From Ancylonema sp. (lineage: Eukaryota), in contig JBFLGF010000047.1 of assembly GCA_050230475.1 (NCBI GenBank), positions 1 through 64,000 on the forward strand: a DNA stretch of 64,000 nucleotides, in the 5' to 3' direction. The notes beneath the pieces are model-generated. The model did no database searches and was not told the origin of the DNA. It saw nothing but the letters and a program-made list of their open reading frames with translations. The position numbers and the translations under genes were made by a program. Shown one piece after another: positions 39,263 through 52,158 of this stretch. Position 1 is the first letter of the stretch. Each line of letters starts with the position of its first letter.

Positions 39263-42200
39263 CTACCTCAACAAGCTGTCTAGCGCCTCAAAGAAGAGGG
39301 GCGCCATTTCCGGGTTGGGTGCTTTCACCGCACACTTCACTCCCGCCACACCGAGCGTGAACGTCAACTCTATCAACAAAGGGATGGCCGGCGCCACTTT
39401 TACGGACAAGTAGAGCACTTCTTGGTTGGTGTCCTTGAGATGTCTCTTGGCGATGAAGAACAGGTTGCGGGTCGACAAACGCTCCACCGCGCCGTCCACG
39501 TTGGGGACCACGAGGGCGGGGAAGCTCTGGGTGACCTCGTTCGAGTCCGGGAGGGACTTCCTGGTCTGGGTACCCGGAATTCCCGAGTGCCACGTCAGCG
39601 CCAGCTAGGCCGCTTGGGAGCTTGGGATGCCCAAACTCTCCTCAAAATTCTCAAGCATCGAAAGCTTACAGTATAAACTACACAAATGACTGGCCGTTAA
39701 CTTCATCATTCCCTGTTCGACGTTCTTCCCATCCCCCAGACCCTCATTCAGTACAACAAAAAAACCAACCCCTCTTGCAAAAACAGCGACATATCTCAAC
39801 CGATCTCATGAGCCCCCAAAAAAAACGGATCTCGGGTGTCCATTTCCTCACCTCCAAGAACGCGCTCCTCTCCATCCGCCCCTCCTCCGTGAAGAAGGCC
39901 TGCAGGGTGATCTTATCCACAAAGTACCACACTGGCTGCTGGTTGTTCTTCAGGGCCACCTGCAGCTGGGAGGTGGGGGGGGTGCCGGGGGCGGGGAGGT
40001 TCTGGAACAGAGACAGGGGCAGGAGGGTGGATCCAGTGCCACCTGGCGGGATGGTGGCAACCTGCACATAGGGGTGACGTGGCAAACAAGAGGTTAAGCA
40101 GTAACCAGAAAAAAGGGGGATGAACGTCACATTCTTGTTTACCATGCCAATTCCGTTTTTGTTTTGTGTGATGCAACACTGTAACCATACGCTCTCCGCC
40201 TCGGGTCTGGGGAAGCCACTCGGATGGGACACCTAGAAGTCGCTAATAAGTTCGGTGTCTACCATCTGGGCCGGTTTCAATACATCTGTACCAATATGAT
40301 CTCACTACTGCATGTGGGCTCCACATTGTATTGTGAGACGTTTCCCGAGGCCTTCCAGGTCTACGCATTCAGGAAATGCCCCTCTCCCATTCCCCTGGTT
40401 GCCAAGGCCCTTTCTTACCTTCCCACTTGTGGGAACTTTTGGTCCCTTCATGATCCCCACGTGCCACCTTCACAATCTAGAATATAGAATGTAATCTAGA
40501 ATACACAATCTAGAATAAAGAATATACAATCGAGATGACCAACAAACCCCCCTCCTTCTTATGAAAAGACCACATGCCGGGCTTGGGTGCTAACAGACGT
40601 CCAACTAGATGGGTGTGTGTCCACCTTGACTCTCTACAGATACCCTTTCGAAACCCAAAAAAAAAAAAAAAAAAAAAAAAAACCAAAAAATAATCCCAAG
40701 AAAAATCCAAAAATGCCCCAATTTTTTTTGCCAGAGAGACATACCTAGAAACGATACCCCAAAAAATACAAAAAAAAAACCCAATAAATATTACAACCCC
40801 CCCCCCCCAAAAAAAACCCCAGAATTCTACCAAACCCAAAAAAAAGAAACCCCTTGTGTTTGTGCCCCTCCCTCTGTTCTGTCTCCTCACCGGCAGCGCT
40901 CCCGAGGGTGCCGCGAGTCCGAACGTGTTCTTGTTCAGTTGAATCATGAACCCGTCCAGCGCCGTGTCTGACGCGTTGTCCAGACGAAGGTGGTAGAACA
41001 CAGCGCCATTCTGACGCACCACCTGGCCGCTGATCTGGAGCCCCGTGGAAGCCGCCTGCAGGATGGGAAGGGGGGGACTGCACAACCACGGGGGAGGGGA
41101 TGGGGGGGGGGGGGTTAGCCTAAATGTGTACATTTCAACCAATGAAGAGGCACCCTGTGTATAGATACACCCCCTCTAATATCACAACGGCAGTTGGTAA
41201 TTCCTGGATGGTCCACCATCAGTAGACGCACATCCTCCATAAAGGCACTAAACTATCTCCACCCGCAGGTGTGCATTTAGAGAAGGCAAAGAGTCGTGAA
41301 TTTGCCTGCAGTAGATTCCCTCTGACTGCATCCTGCCTGAGTGCATAAACCCTAATCTGCGTCGAGAATCTCACTTTCCCAGAATCCGGATTCGGTGTAC
41401 ACGAACCCTCCTTTCAGTGAAAACGAAACTTCCCTGACTGCATAACCTCTCTGACTGCATACCAATTCTGCCTTCTGCCAACTCTACCAAGTCCGCAGTC
41501 AGGAAGACCCCCGCTACAATTGCCCCTTCCATGCCAACGCGCACCACCATATCCCCCCCCTTCACCTCCTTCCCCCCCTTACCCAGCGGCAGCACCCCCA
41601 GCCGCGGCAGGTGCCTCCGGCGCGGGTCCCCACCCCATGAGGTCTCCCAACAGGTCATTCGCCGCCGCAGGTTTCGCCACCATCTCCAGTCCCAACTTGC
41701 CAGCTGGCGGCCCCCCCCCCCCCCCCCCCCCGTCTGCCGTGGCCGAGTACGACGACACTGCCCCTGCCCCTGTCAGATTCGCGGGCACGGGCGCGGAGCT
41801 CTCATTCGCCCCCGTGGGCTCCCCCCCCCCCTCCCTGTCCGCCTCGTCCTCGGGCGCCCCCGAGGGGGGCGAGGGTCTGGCCTTGGACACAAACGCCTCG
41901 GGCGGCTTGTGGTACACGGACGCCAGGGTGGCGATGTTGGGGAGGAGCTCGTCCAGGAGGGAGGGGTCGAGACCCGAGGCCTCGTCGCTGATGGTGGGCT
42001 TCTCTGCTAGCACCACGTCCTTGGCTGCCTCGGGGTCCGTGGAGAGGAGGCGCCTGGGGGGGGGGGGGGGGTTGGGGTTGTTTTTGGTCTCGGATCAGTG
42101 GGTTGTGTACTTATTTGGGATGGAGTGTGTGGGTCGGATTCGTTTTGGGATTTATGCTGAAGCCTGTTCTGTACATGCCTTGGTTTCTGGCTACCCATGT

Positions 42201-45200
42201 GAGGGACTGTCATAGGGAACAAACGCCACGTCACCCTCAGCCTGGTGCGACATAACAGGTTGGTTGGAACACCTTCCTGCACCCCTTGATGATGAATCTG
42301 AACCCAGCCACGTACCAGTACACGTAGGCTCGGTCCCTGAGATCCGGATTGTCCGTTTCCTGCGTTGCGTTGTTGAGCACGGTCTGTATCATCTGCTGCG
42401 GTCCCTCCGTGGGTTTCTTGAGGAAGAGTTTCACGGCCGCGGTGAGGAGCTGCAGCTGGACCTGCGCGGGCTCCTCGGGGAAGGTCTCCAGGAACCCCTC
42501 CAGGAGCTCGTCTGCGTTGTCGATGCGTTCTGCGTACTCGCCGATGATCCAAATCATGGAGGCCTGGGGGAGGGGGGAGGGGGGGAGGGAGTATGGAGGG
42601 GGGAGGAGGGGGGAGGGGGGAGATGGGGTGCGAGGATGGCAGGTGAGGTATTGTGGTATTGTGGTATTGCATTCTTACGAAAAAGGGAGGGAGAATGAGA
42701 GGGAGGGGAATAGAAGCAAGACGACTTGAGAGAGGATCTGTAACTTTGAGTTCTAAGTAGCGATTGACAGCGACTGGCTTGAAGAGGCGTGGCTGGGAGT
42801 GACACCTGCCTAAACAGCCTCCAAACTGGTTCGCATCAGAGCCAGTGTGGGTGTTAGTGTGAAATGTGATAAACACGCATGCTGCCTCCGTATTGCAATT
42901 GACCTGTCCATCCCAGTAGACGTGCAGTGCAGTACAGCCTTCACGAGTTTGCCCTTGTCATCTCATGATTCCCGACCACCCGTGGCAGTGGTATGAGCCC
43001 CTACCTTTGCCTCGGGCTCGTCCAGCGTGTCCAGATTCTCGCAGAGGGTGGCAATGATGGACTCATACCTGCAAGTTCACACAATGAGAGCACATCCATG
43101 GAACCAATGTGCCACAGACCACATAGGATGAAGACGTAACTGAATTGTGTCCTTCTTCTTCTTTCACACTCATACCCAAAGTCAACACATGCGACCTTGG
43201 ATTCGATGTTCCCCACTCCAGACATCAGGGGCCATGAGTAACCAACGTCTATTACCAAAAACTCCGGGTTACTGTGATAAGCTCTCCCCCTCTACCGCAC
43301 AAAAAGAGTAAAAAAAAACCAATAAAGAAACAAAAGGGAAATTCCGCCTTAAAAAAAGAGATTTTTTTTTCAATTTTTTTTTTTTTTTTTATTATATTTT
43401 TTATTATTTTTTATTTGGGACCAAAAACCCAATGACACGGGAAAAAAAAAAAAAAAAAAAAAAAAAAAAGTGAGCAGTGTCCTTACGTATTCGGGTATCT
43501 TCTAAAGATGTCCTTGATGACGATGATGGCCTCCTGCACCACGTAGTTCACCTTGATCTTGATCAGCTCCAGCAGCACGTTGATGCAGCGCTCCGCAGCT
43601 TTTTCCAGCTTGATGGCGCACCGTCCGATGGCACGGACGGCCTTGCGGACGAAATCAACGTCCACTTCCGTTGCATACTCCTTGAACTCCAGAAGGACCT
43701 GTGGGGGGGGGGGAAGAGAGAGGAAGAGGGGGGAAAATGAGGACGAGATGGGAGGAGAAGGAGAGAGGGGGTGGGGGACCAGGAATAAGCTAATTGCCAA
43801 TATCATATAGCATAGAAGGGACTGGACACGCAATGCATGAGGTTGGATTGCATGTCAGAGAGTTTAAAGGCCGAGCGTTGAGCCCAAGACTTGAGCCATG
43901 TTGGAAGGCACAAAATACCTTGTGGAAAACCCCTATTTTATTCAGAAACACCAGTTTGGTACTCCTTCAATTCTGACAATCCTTTGATTCGAACTAGAAG
44001 TCCCACGCCCCGAAAATACTCAGGCCCAGTTCAGCAAACCCACCTGGTCGATGTTGCGGTCCGATGCGAGCTTGATCATGATTTCCAGCTTCTCCATCTT
44101 CACATAGATCGGGTCGTTGTACTTGCAGAAGAACACCTGGCAAAGAGAAGATATGCACTCCTCAGATCATCCACTTCTGAAAAGATCTGAGTACCTCCAA
44201 ACACCCCCAGATTCATTCATCGAGGGATACTATTTCTGTGCGAAGTACTTGCCCCACATGATCCCCACCTAGGCTTCTATGGCTTCTCCACAGCAACTCC
44301 AGATCTGTCTCCCGGGGTTTGGGTTGCGACTAGTATGCTGATTATGGGTTACTGGGTTATGGGTTATGGCCTGGTTTCTGTAACCAGGCACTTTCTGGTA
44401 GGGATCTTCTAACACGACCTCCCCGACACATGCTCATTCCGAACACGATTTTTCGATCTTCCCTCCCCTGGGAGCCGTTGCAAGTGTTTTAGGGACTGCT
44501 CTGTAGTACTGCTTTGGTTTGTTTGACGTCCTGTGCCACTCATATCCTTCAACGCATCGTTTCCGTCCCTGTATCATGCCCCCCCAGTACCTTGATTTCA
44601 TGCGCTAGGATGCCTGGCCGTCGTTGCACAATGAGGTTTATGTTCCTGAGTGCCACGTACTGGATCTCGGGCTCGGAAGACAGGAGGGTGACGAGAGGGG
44701 GGGCCATTTTCTTGCTCAGGTTTCGAACCACGTCCGTGCTCGTGATTACCTCCATTTGGAGAAGAATCACCTGCGGGTGAAAGCAGAGGGGTGGAGGGGA
44801 GTTGACATGAAGAAAAGGAGGAAAAAGAAGAAGAAAAAGAAGGAGGAGAAAATGAAGGAGAAGATGGAGGAGGAGGAGTTTGAGGAGGAGGTGGAGGAAA
44901 GGAGAGGAGGAGAGGAGGAGGAGAAGAGGGAGAAAAACTACTATTTCTACAATTTGTTTGTTCTTGAGAGGCACCCAGCCCTACCAAAACCTTAGATGAC
45001 CATTCCGCACACAGGCACCGAGAATTTAGGACTGTAGAGAATATGACGCAGGCTGCAAATGCGGAGCGAGAAGCGAAGGAACAAGTGGTGCGCAGAGAAA
45101 GACCCAGATCCTGAACAGCAGCTCCGGCAGCTGGGGGGGGAATAAAACGTGGTGAGAGACGTTGGATTATGGCTGGGTGGCACCATGCCAAGGACGGGGA

Positions 45201-47777
45201 GGGAAGTATGGTACGAGTCTGACCTTGACGGCCGACAGCACCACCGCACAGTTGGCATGCTGCAGACGCGGCGTGACTCGCTCGACGATGCTCTCTGCCT
45301 CGCGAGCGTCACTGGCCTTGTACTTGGACAGGGAGTCTAGAATGAATACTTGGCCCCACCTGGAGCGATACAGACAGACACGGTGCTTGTGGTCAATGAA
45401 ACGAGTTCTTGTAGGCACGTTGCATCATGCCCTGTTTTTGTGACAGTGATTGGTTTAAGCATTTGCGAGTCCATCCTTCCTGCGTGCATATCTAGAGTGA
45501 CGAGAACCACACTGCCATAATAAGTGATGCAAGAAACGATACACAGCAACAAGGCAGGCACACAACAACGTCCCAATAGCTGTGACCCTGGACAGACGGC
45601 AGTTCCTTGAAGCTATCTGCAGAGCAAATAGCCCCACCACCCTTGAGATACAATTTCTTTACAAAAAACGTTTGATCCAGTCCGTACGACCGCCCGCCCA
45701 GGGTTGCCTGCTGCTCCTCACTCTGTGCACTCGTTGAGCGCTGCCAGCAGTTTGAAGAGCGTGGTGTTGGTGATCTCGAACACCGGTTTGCTGCTGCTCT
45801 CCTGGAACTCCGCCAGCGCCGCCACCGCGTTGGCCACCACCATCGGGTTGCTGTCGGAGATGAGGTCCTTGAGAGTCTCCAGGAACCCGCGCTCCTCCAC
45901 CAGCTCGGCGTTGATGTCAAACAGCTTGGCCACGCAGATGGCGGCCGTTTTGCGGACGTAGGGGTCGTCGTCCTGTTCGGGAGTGGGGGGATGGAGAAAA
46001 ATTGGTTTCGGGCCTGCGAGCGGTGGTCAGACGGAAAGAGTAGAGGCGCAGCGAACTCGAGGAGATCGTCAGAGATGTTGAAGGACCGTGGGGGAGTGGA
46101 AGCAATGGTGAAGGGTGTCTTGTAGTACGGACGGTGTTTGAACATATGTCTCCTACACGCAGCCAGCGGACAGAGTTTCGCAACTGGACTTCATCATCCC
46201 AGACAGATGGGACAGACAAACATTACTTCATCATCAGTGCCTTTGAACATTTACAAATAGGGGGGCGACAGTTAGCCATCAGGATTTTTGACCTCAGGTT
46301 TCTACCATACTGCACGCAGCTGGTAAATGCCATAGAGGGACGAGGTACAGCTGTACTGAGCTGCTTGTGGGGATAGAATTACGGGGCTTAGACGGTTTTC
46401 CTACTTCTCCAAACAGGGCTATGGATCAGAGCATGACCGACCTTGAGAACCCGCTGCAGAGGATCGCAGAGGTACTCTGTGATGCGGTCCACTCGGATGC
46501 AGCCCATGGTCCTGACGGCAAGAGCGCGGATGAGAGGGTTTGGGTCTTGCGAATCCTGCAAGCTCAAACAGAGACCAGCTTACGAGTCAAGTCACGTTTC
46601 AGTGGGGTGGGGACCTGACTGGCACTGGGCAAATCAGCAACAAGTTATGCCCGTTGGAAGACCTGGGAATCCGCACAGTACTATTTGTGATGCCTGCTCG
46701 CCACTCAGCGACACTGACTGGCGCTAACCAGGCTTTGCTACCAGTTCTTTTCATTTGTGCCCTGAGTATCACGTCTTTAAATGTTCTTGGTATTAGGGCC
46801 AACGACATAAACGTCGATCACCACATTTCTGGATCTCCTTCCTGTTTATGTGCCCTATCTGTCAACGACAGTCGTAGCCAGCATACCTCGACCAGTATGA
46901 AGTGTGAAAGGGCCACTAGACATTATGTCCTGAAAACTTCCTGCAATGAGCTGGATCCAAGAATGTTGGCGCTGTATAGAGGTGCTGAAATTTTTGAATG
47001 CTGGCACAATGTCAAAACCTCTCCACCTAACGGAAGCATAAGGGTAGGGAAATGTGTATCTAGACCTTGACGAAAGTATTCACTGCCAGAATCGCTAAGT
47101 CTGGCTGACTTTTGGCGTAGTTGATAAGATATAAATAGACAAGCTTTTTGAGCTCCAAGTTTTCCGTCTGCATGCAGTTCACCACGTCGGTGAAGAGCAT
47201 GGACACGTCTTTGCCAACCGTCATGGCTGCGATAACCTTCTTGACAGCATCCTTTCTTTTATCCTGGCATAAAAACGATAAGAAATGCAACAATCAGTAG
47301 GTGCATCATGCTTTGACGGGACTGGCAGCTTGGCAGGTTGCCACCGAAAGCCTAGAACGCCAGCCACATAAGTGCGCACTTATGTAGTCACAATACTAAT
47401 GTATTGTGTATCACAATACATCAGCGGCTCAGATGATAAATGGGGTACGACATCTGACCAAACCGTATGGAACAATCACAACTTTCTCAATGCAGCTGAC
47501 GGAACGTTGATCAAAGTCCCGTAAAACGGTACAAAGCTGGCGCTTTTACACTACGCGAGCAATGGGAAGGAGCTCTAGAAAGGAATATATTTGTTTCCTT
47601 TCCTGCAAAGAGCTCAATGCGTGATCGATGAAGACTTCGTATCTCGTTTAAATGGATTTTATGTCGCGAAGATCGGCCGTGTCCACGTACCTTGTACTGC
47701 GAGTTGAGTTCTTCCTTAAGTTCATGGATTTCCCCTTTCTATGTGGTCGCAAAGTACTTGGAATCCTGGCCACTCAT
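39263..47777 (-). CDS. AP1/2B: Beta-adaptin (AP-1/AP-2 complex beta subunit), 917 codons, with one in-frame TAG at codon 13
   Basis: 14 phase-consistent exons: 47777-47691, 47263-47066, 46555-46442, 45972-45722, 45359-45224, 44770-44591, 44136-44044, 43698-43487, 43068-43005, 42563-42316, 42053-41583, 41077-40891, 40061-39852 and 39565-39263. Peptides include [49 protein letters not shown] and the appendage domains. Exon 1 reads [28 protein letters not shown]. Confidence 0.93.
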
Positions 47778-48539
47778 TTTGCAGATAGAACTTCTTTAAC
47801 TCTTTCAAAATAAAACTCAGAATTTTCGCCCACAGTTTCTGAGCTGGTGCCCTCAACTAACCCAGAAAACCCTACGCACTAGAAGAGTCAAAGCGGTCCC
47901 TCGGCCCTCCTCTTTCCGTAATGTGAGTTCTTGAGCCACTGCAAGCCCTTACTAGCTCAATCCTCTCTTCTCACAGCTGAAAGCGTCTCTCGGTTTCTCC
48001 TGAACCGAGCCCTGTGTGGAGTGTTTTCTTCGTCAGCAGCTGAAACGCAACCGTCCGCAGGCCTGTTGCGCCGGACGCTCTCCACAATTCAACTGCCGGA
48101 CGGTAGACGTCCGCACTTGGACGACTGAACGACTGACGATTACGGAAGCTTTGACTTGAACTTCTGTCTGATTCTGTAGGCAAACGTGAACTTCGACTCG
48201 ACGCCATGGATGTCAGCATGTTTTTTTCCAGCTGATGCCTTGGTAACCTACATAAGACCAGCAGAAAAAAAGCCACTTCGTCTAGAGATATTCTTGTTAA
48301 GGGATATTCAGGGATATCCTTGCCACACTTTCTCATTTAAGTCTTAGTTGTTGTAAAAGTGTGAATTCCTCGTTATCAGTTCACAAAGTTGACCACATTC
48401 CAATTTTTCAATCTTTGCTCGTTCACTGCCTGCCTGGCAATCAAATTGGCACGAAGCACGCTCGAAAGGAAGCTTTTTGGCCGTATGTTTCCGTGTGGGC
48501 AATGTGTTTTACCAAACATCCGAGCATGATCAGAAAGTT

Positions 48540-51160
48540 ATGGATGTTATAGCGCTTCCAATACCTCCTGGCGTTCGTTCGAAGCTTCTCTCAGCTGGTT
48601 TCCGCACGTCGGCGGACATTCATGGACTAATGACAGAGCAGCTGGAAAAAGGTACACCATGTGTGGACGCTCGTGTGCGTAGATTTCGTGGTAGAGCCGC
48701 AGTCTCAATCAAAAAATGTTTTCCACAAAGATTTTTCTTTCTGACATCTGCTGCTGACTAGTATTCCGTGTTTTTCTCTTGCAGATGCCAAGATTTCCCA
48801 CGAGGAAGCTCGTTATGTTCTGAAGGTTCTTCCCAACAGCGAGGTCTATGATCCTCGAGCTGGCTTAACCAGTGCCGTGGCAGGTTGGTGCATGCATTCT
48901 CTGATAGAGTTCCATCATCAGTTTCATGCATCCGCACTCTCGTTGGCCTTTCTCTGATATCATGAAGGACGTCTCTTAGGTATTCAGATTCGACCTCCTC
49001 GAGCAGACGTCCGAATAGTAGCACACTGCACTGCGAACGATCATGTGATTGACTCTAATTTCTTCTTATCTACAGAGAACTGGCACAAGTCGTGGATATG
49101 CTCGTTTTACATTTCAGGTGCAAAGTCAGCTTGGGAACTGCTTGCAGCTGAGAAAAGCAGGAGGAAAATTTCAACCCTCTGCTCTGAGGTGGATAAGATT
49201 TTGGGAGGTGGAGTTGCTCCAAAGGAGTTGACTGAGATATGTGAGGCAAATCTTGATTCCGCTCCTACAAAGTGTGAACCTGCTGCAACAAGTGTTAACA
49301 CGTTCATTTTCAGCATTTTTAACTCTGCTCAGTACTGCATTTAAATCATGCCTGTCTCTGGCCGACCAAGTTTCTTTTGAAATGTATATCTGAGTATCAA
49401 TTTTTGAATGCAGGTGGAGTGCCTGGCATAGGGAAGACTCAGCTCGGGTGAGGTCTGTCATCTTTGCACCTTGAAGTGTTTTGAAACCGCAAGACACCTG
49501 TGACGCGCCGGATAATTATTTTGCCTTCTCAACTGCCGAGTGATGGATTTCTTTCCTTTTTCAATGTGGGTTGAACTTTCCAGCAAGTCGTAGTGTGAGC
49601 AGAACTAACTATCCTTTGTCGTAAATACCCTGAATATTTTCAGGATGCAATTGGCAATGAGCGTTCAAATTCCGGCTGAACTTGGTGGCCTAGCAGGAGA
49701 TGCTGTGTATATTGGTAAGCTTGTATGTGCTTGCTTTTCCCAGTCATGCAGCAACTTGATGCATTATGTCATTTTCGCTACACAACGAGTTATAGCAGTT
49801 TGCCCCTCACTTACTAGTACACGCCACGTACGTCATACTCTAAAAGCAGCCCTTGTGCTACTCAACTTTTTTTTATTTTCATCACCTGCAGTGATAATAA
49901 ATGGTTGCGGGTTCTATCGTTGCAGACACTGAAGGCAGCTTCATGGTGGAGCGCGCTCTGGAAATGGCTCATGGGATGCTCGCAGACATGCGCTATGCAG
50001 CCATGGTTAACGGAAAGCCAGATGTTGATGCCCGTCTATCAAGAGTCACACCAGATGACATTCTTGCAAGAATCTTCTACTTCCGTGTGTATGAGTACAC
50101 CGAACAGATAGCCCTCATGTACACACTCGAGTCCTTCCTGGAAGGACACCCAGAGGTAAACAGTTTTAGGGATTTGCAGTTGCTCCCCCCCTACTGTTCT
50201 TCAATAACAGAACTAGGACTGCTTGAACTTCTTGCTGCTGTTTCTAATCTGACCAACTTGGAACCTCACATTCCAACTCGAAGGACCGCTGAGCTGGTCC
50301 GCTGTTTGTGATACAAGACAGAGGGAATTGTGGGCTTGCAGGTAAAACTGGTGATCATTGACAGCGTGACGTTTCACTTCCGCCAAGACTTCACCGATAT
50401 GGGGCTGCGAACTCGCCTCTTGAGTGGAATGGCACAAAAGCTGATGAGCATTGCTGACCGTTTTGACATCGCTGTAAGCAACACCTCCCCGAACGCAGCT
50501 TGTGGTGCCAATACCAAACTACAATAGTCCTCCGTTTGTCGCCAGACAAGTGTCCTGCTGAGGGCCTCTTTGTCGCGCGGTTCCGAGAGTATTTATTGTC
50601 AGGTGCATGTAATATTGCAGGTTGTAATGGTGAATCAGGTGACAACCAAGATAGCCGGAGACCAATCAAAGCTCGTACCTGCGCTAGGTGAGATCATGAG
50701 GGCCTGTACAGATTCTTCTATCAACTCTCCACATGTATGGCCTAAAATGGCCTTGTAAAATATATGTTGGGATCACTTTGTATGATTGTTCAAGCTCAGA
50801 AATTCCACTATTTGTAGAATATGTTCGAGACTCATTTTTACTGTTTTTCGGCTTTTCCCGTTCAATTCTCTACGCAGCACATGGGCCAGATTGATATTTC
50901 ACAGCAACAATGAATGTGACCAAACGTAATAAAAGAACACTTTCCCCATTCTAATAACGCAGGTACTCTTGGTTCTCTTGGCAGGTGAAAGTTGGGCACA
51001 CGCTTGCACGAATCGACTTTATCTCCTTTGGATTGATGGTCAAAGGTTTGCGCACATATATAAATCTCCGTCTTTGAAATCCGCAACAGCACCATACTTT
51101 GTCACCTCTCAAGGCATCCGGTCAGCTCCGCAGTTGCAAACATCGATGATAGAGGGTTGA
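48540..51160 (+). CDS. RAD51C: DNA repair protein RAD51 homolog C, 347 aa
   Basis: Exons 48540-48651, 48785-48883, 49118-49240, 49414-49447, 49644-49714, 49926-50155, 50342-50473, 50621-50687 and 50985-51160. Walker [22 protein letters not shown], Walker [15 protein letters not shown], and [16 protein letters not shown]. Confidence 0.95.
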
Positions 51161-51815
51161 TCGTTCGGAATATGAGGCAAAACCGGCTAATTGACAAGGA
51201 ATTTATATCAGGGTGCAATTCCTTGCCCAATTGTGGCACTTTTGTAAATACTGTCAGGTGAACTCGTTGGTTTGCGCAAATCTTTGTAGAATAAGTAGCG
51301 GGTAGCTCTTAACTACACACGAATTTGTCTTAACGTGCACTGAACTCGTGCATGACACGCAAGTTGTCTTGTAATACAAGGGCATCAATCTCGGCTTGTT
51401 ATCACACGTCCAAGTCTTACATTTTAAATATAGTGTGAACACATGGTGCGTGCGATAATTTTTGGGAGATTTGGCTCTCTTTGAATAACATTTGTCTCTC
51501 TAGAACCATATAAATGTTGGACACATAGTTTTGTTGTTGTTCGTAATGTTAATGGAAGTTATTCACCGTTAAGCATGTTATAGTTAATATCAACAAGTTT
51601 TGAAAACAAAACAAATTTCATCTATGAAGTCTAACTATACATTGAGTTAACATCCTCGAGTATGCGAGGAGATGCTATGAGTCGCCCTCCAAAACATATG
51701 TTGGTGTTGTGCAATCCCTTGGTAACCTACGGGATGCAAGTGGAAACCCAAACAATCATACGCCATCACAACTGCACACAACTTTGATCACATGTGCTAT
51801 GATTGACCGTTGTAG

Positions 51816-52054
51816 CATAGTTGAACCCTCATCTCCCCTATCCCGATTTTCGGGTTGAACCAGGACCATCTAGGAAAGGATGAAGGGAAAAGAAACATAT
51901 TTGGGGGGTTTACGCCACATTCGCATGGTTTCCTTTCGGTGCACTCAGACTATAACTTAAAGCATAACAAAATTCAATTGTTGATCCGGGTTCCGATCCG
52001 GTTCCGTACCGGATCAAGTCCAATCCCGATTGCAACAAGATTGGGTCAATTATG
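51816..52054. mobile_element. Small CCGATC/GGATC-rich MITE, related to sequences near 5143, 7365 and 38590-38888
   Basis: TIR CATAGTTGAACC / CATAATTGACCC. The flanks match only partly (5/8). Confidence 0.45.
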
Positions 52055-52158
52055 TTGTGTAGTACTCACATTACTTTTCTGGAGGGTGTCAACATTGCGC
52101 ATTCTTGTGACACCGAGAGAGGAAAGCTAATCTTGATTGTGTGATACTGTGCCGTAAA

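Noticed and set aside
41520..42215. 231-aa Pro/Ala-rich plus-strand ORF
   Set aside because: Antisense shadow of the GC-rich beta-adaptin hinge exon.
47739..47757. 19-nt GT...TAG mini-intron that would remove the beta-adaptin stop
   Set aside because: Removing it shifts the frame and deletes conserved KYFxTT residues.
39263..47777. Simple genome-wide TAG-to-amino-acid reassignment
   Set aside because: TAG terminates beta-adaptin at the expected C-terminus, internal TAGs are very rare, and they align to different residues.
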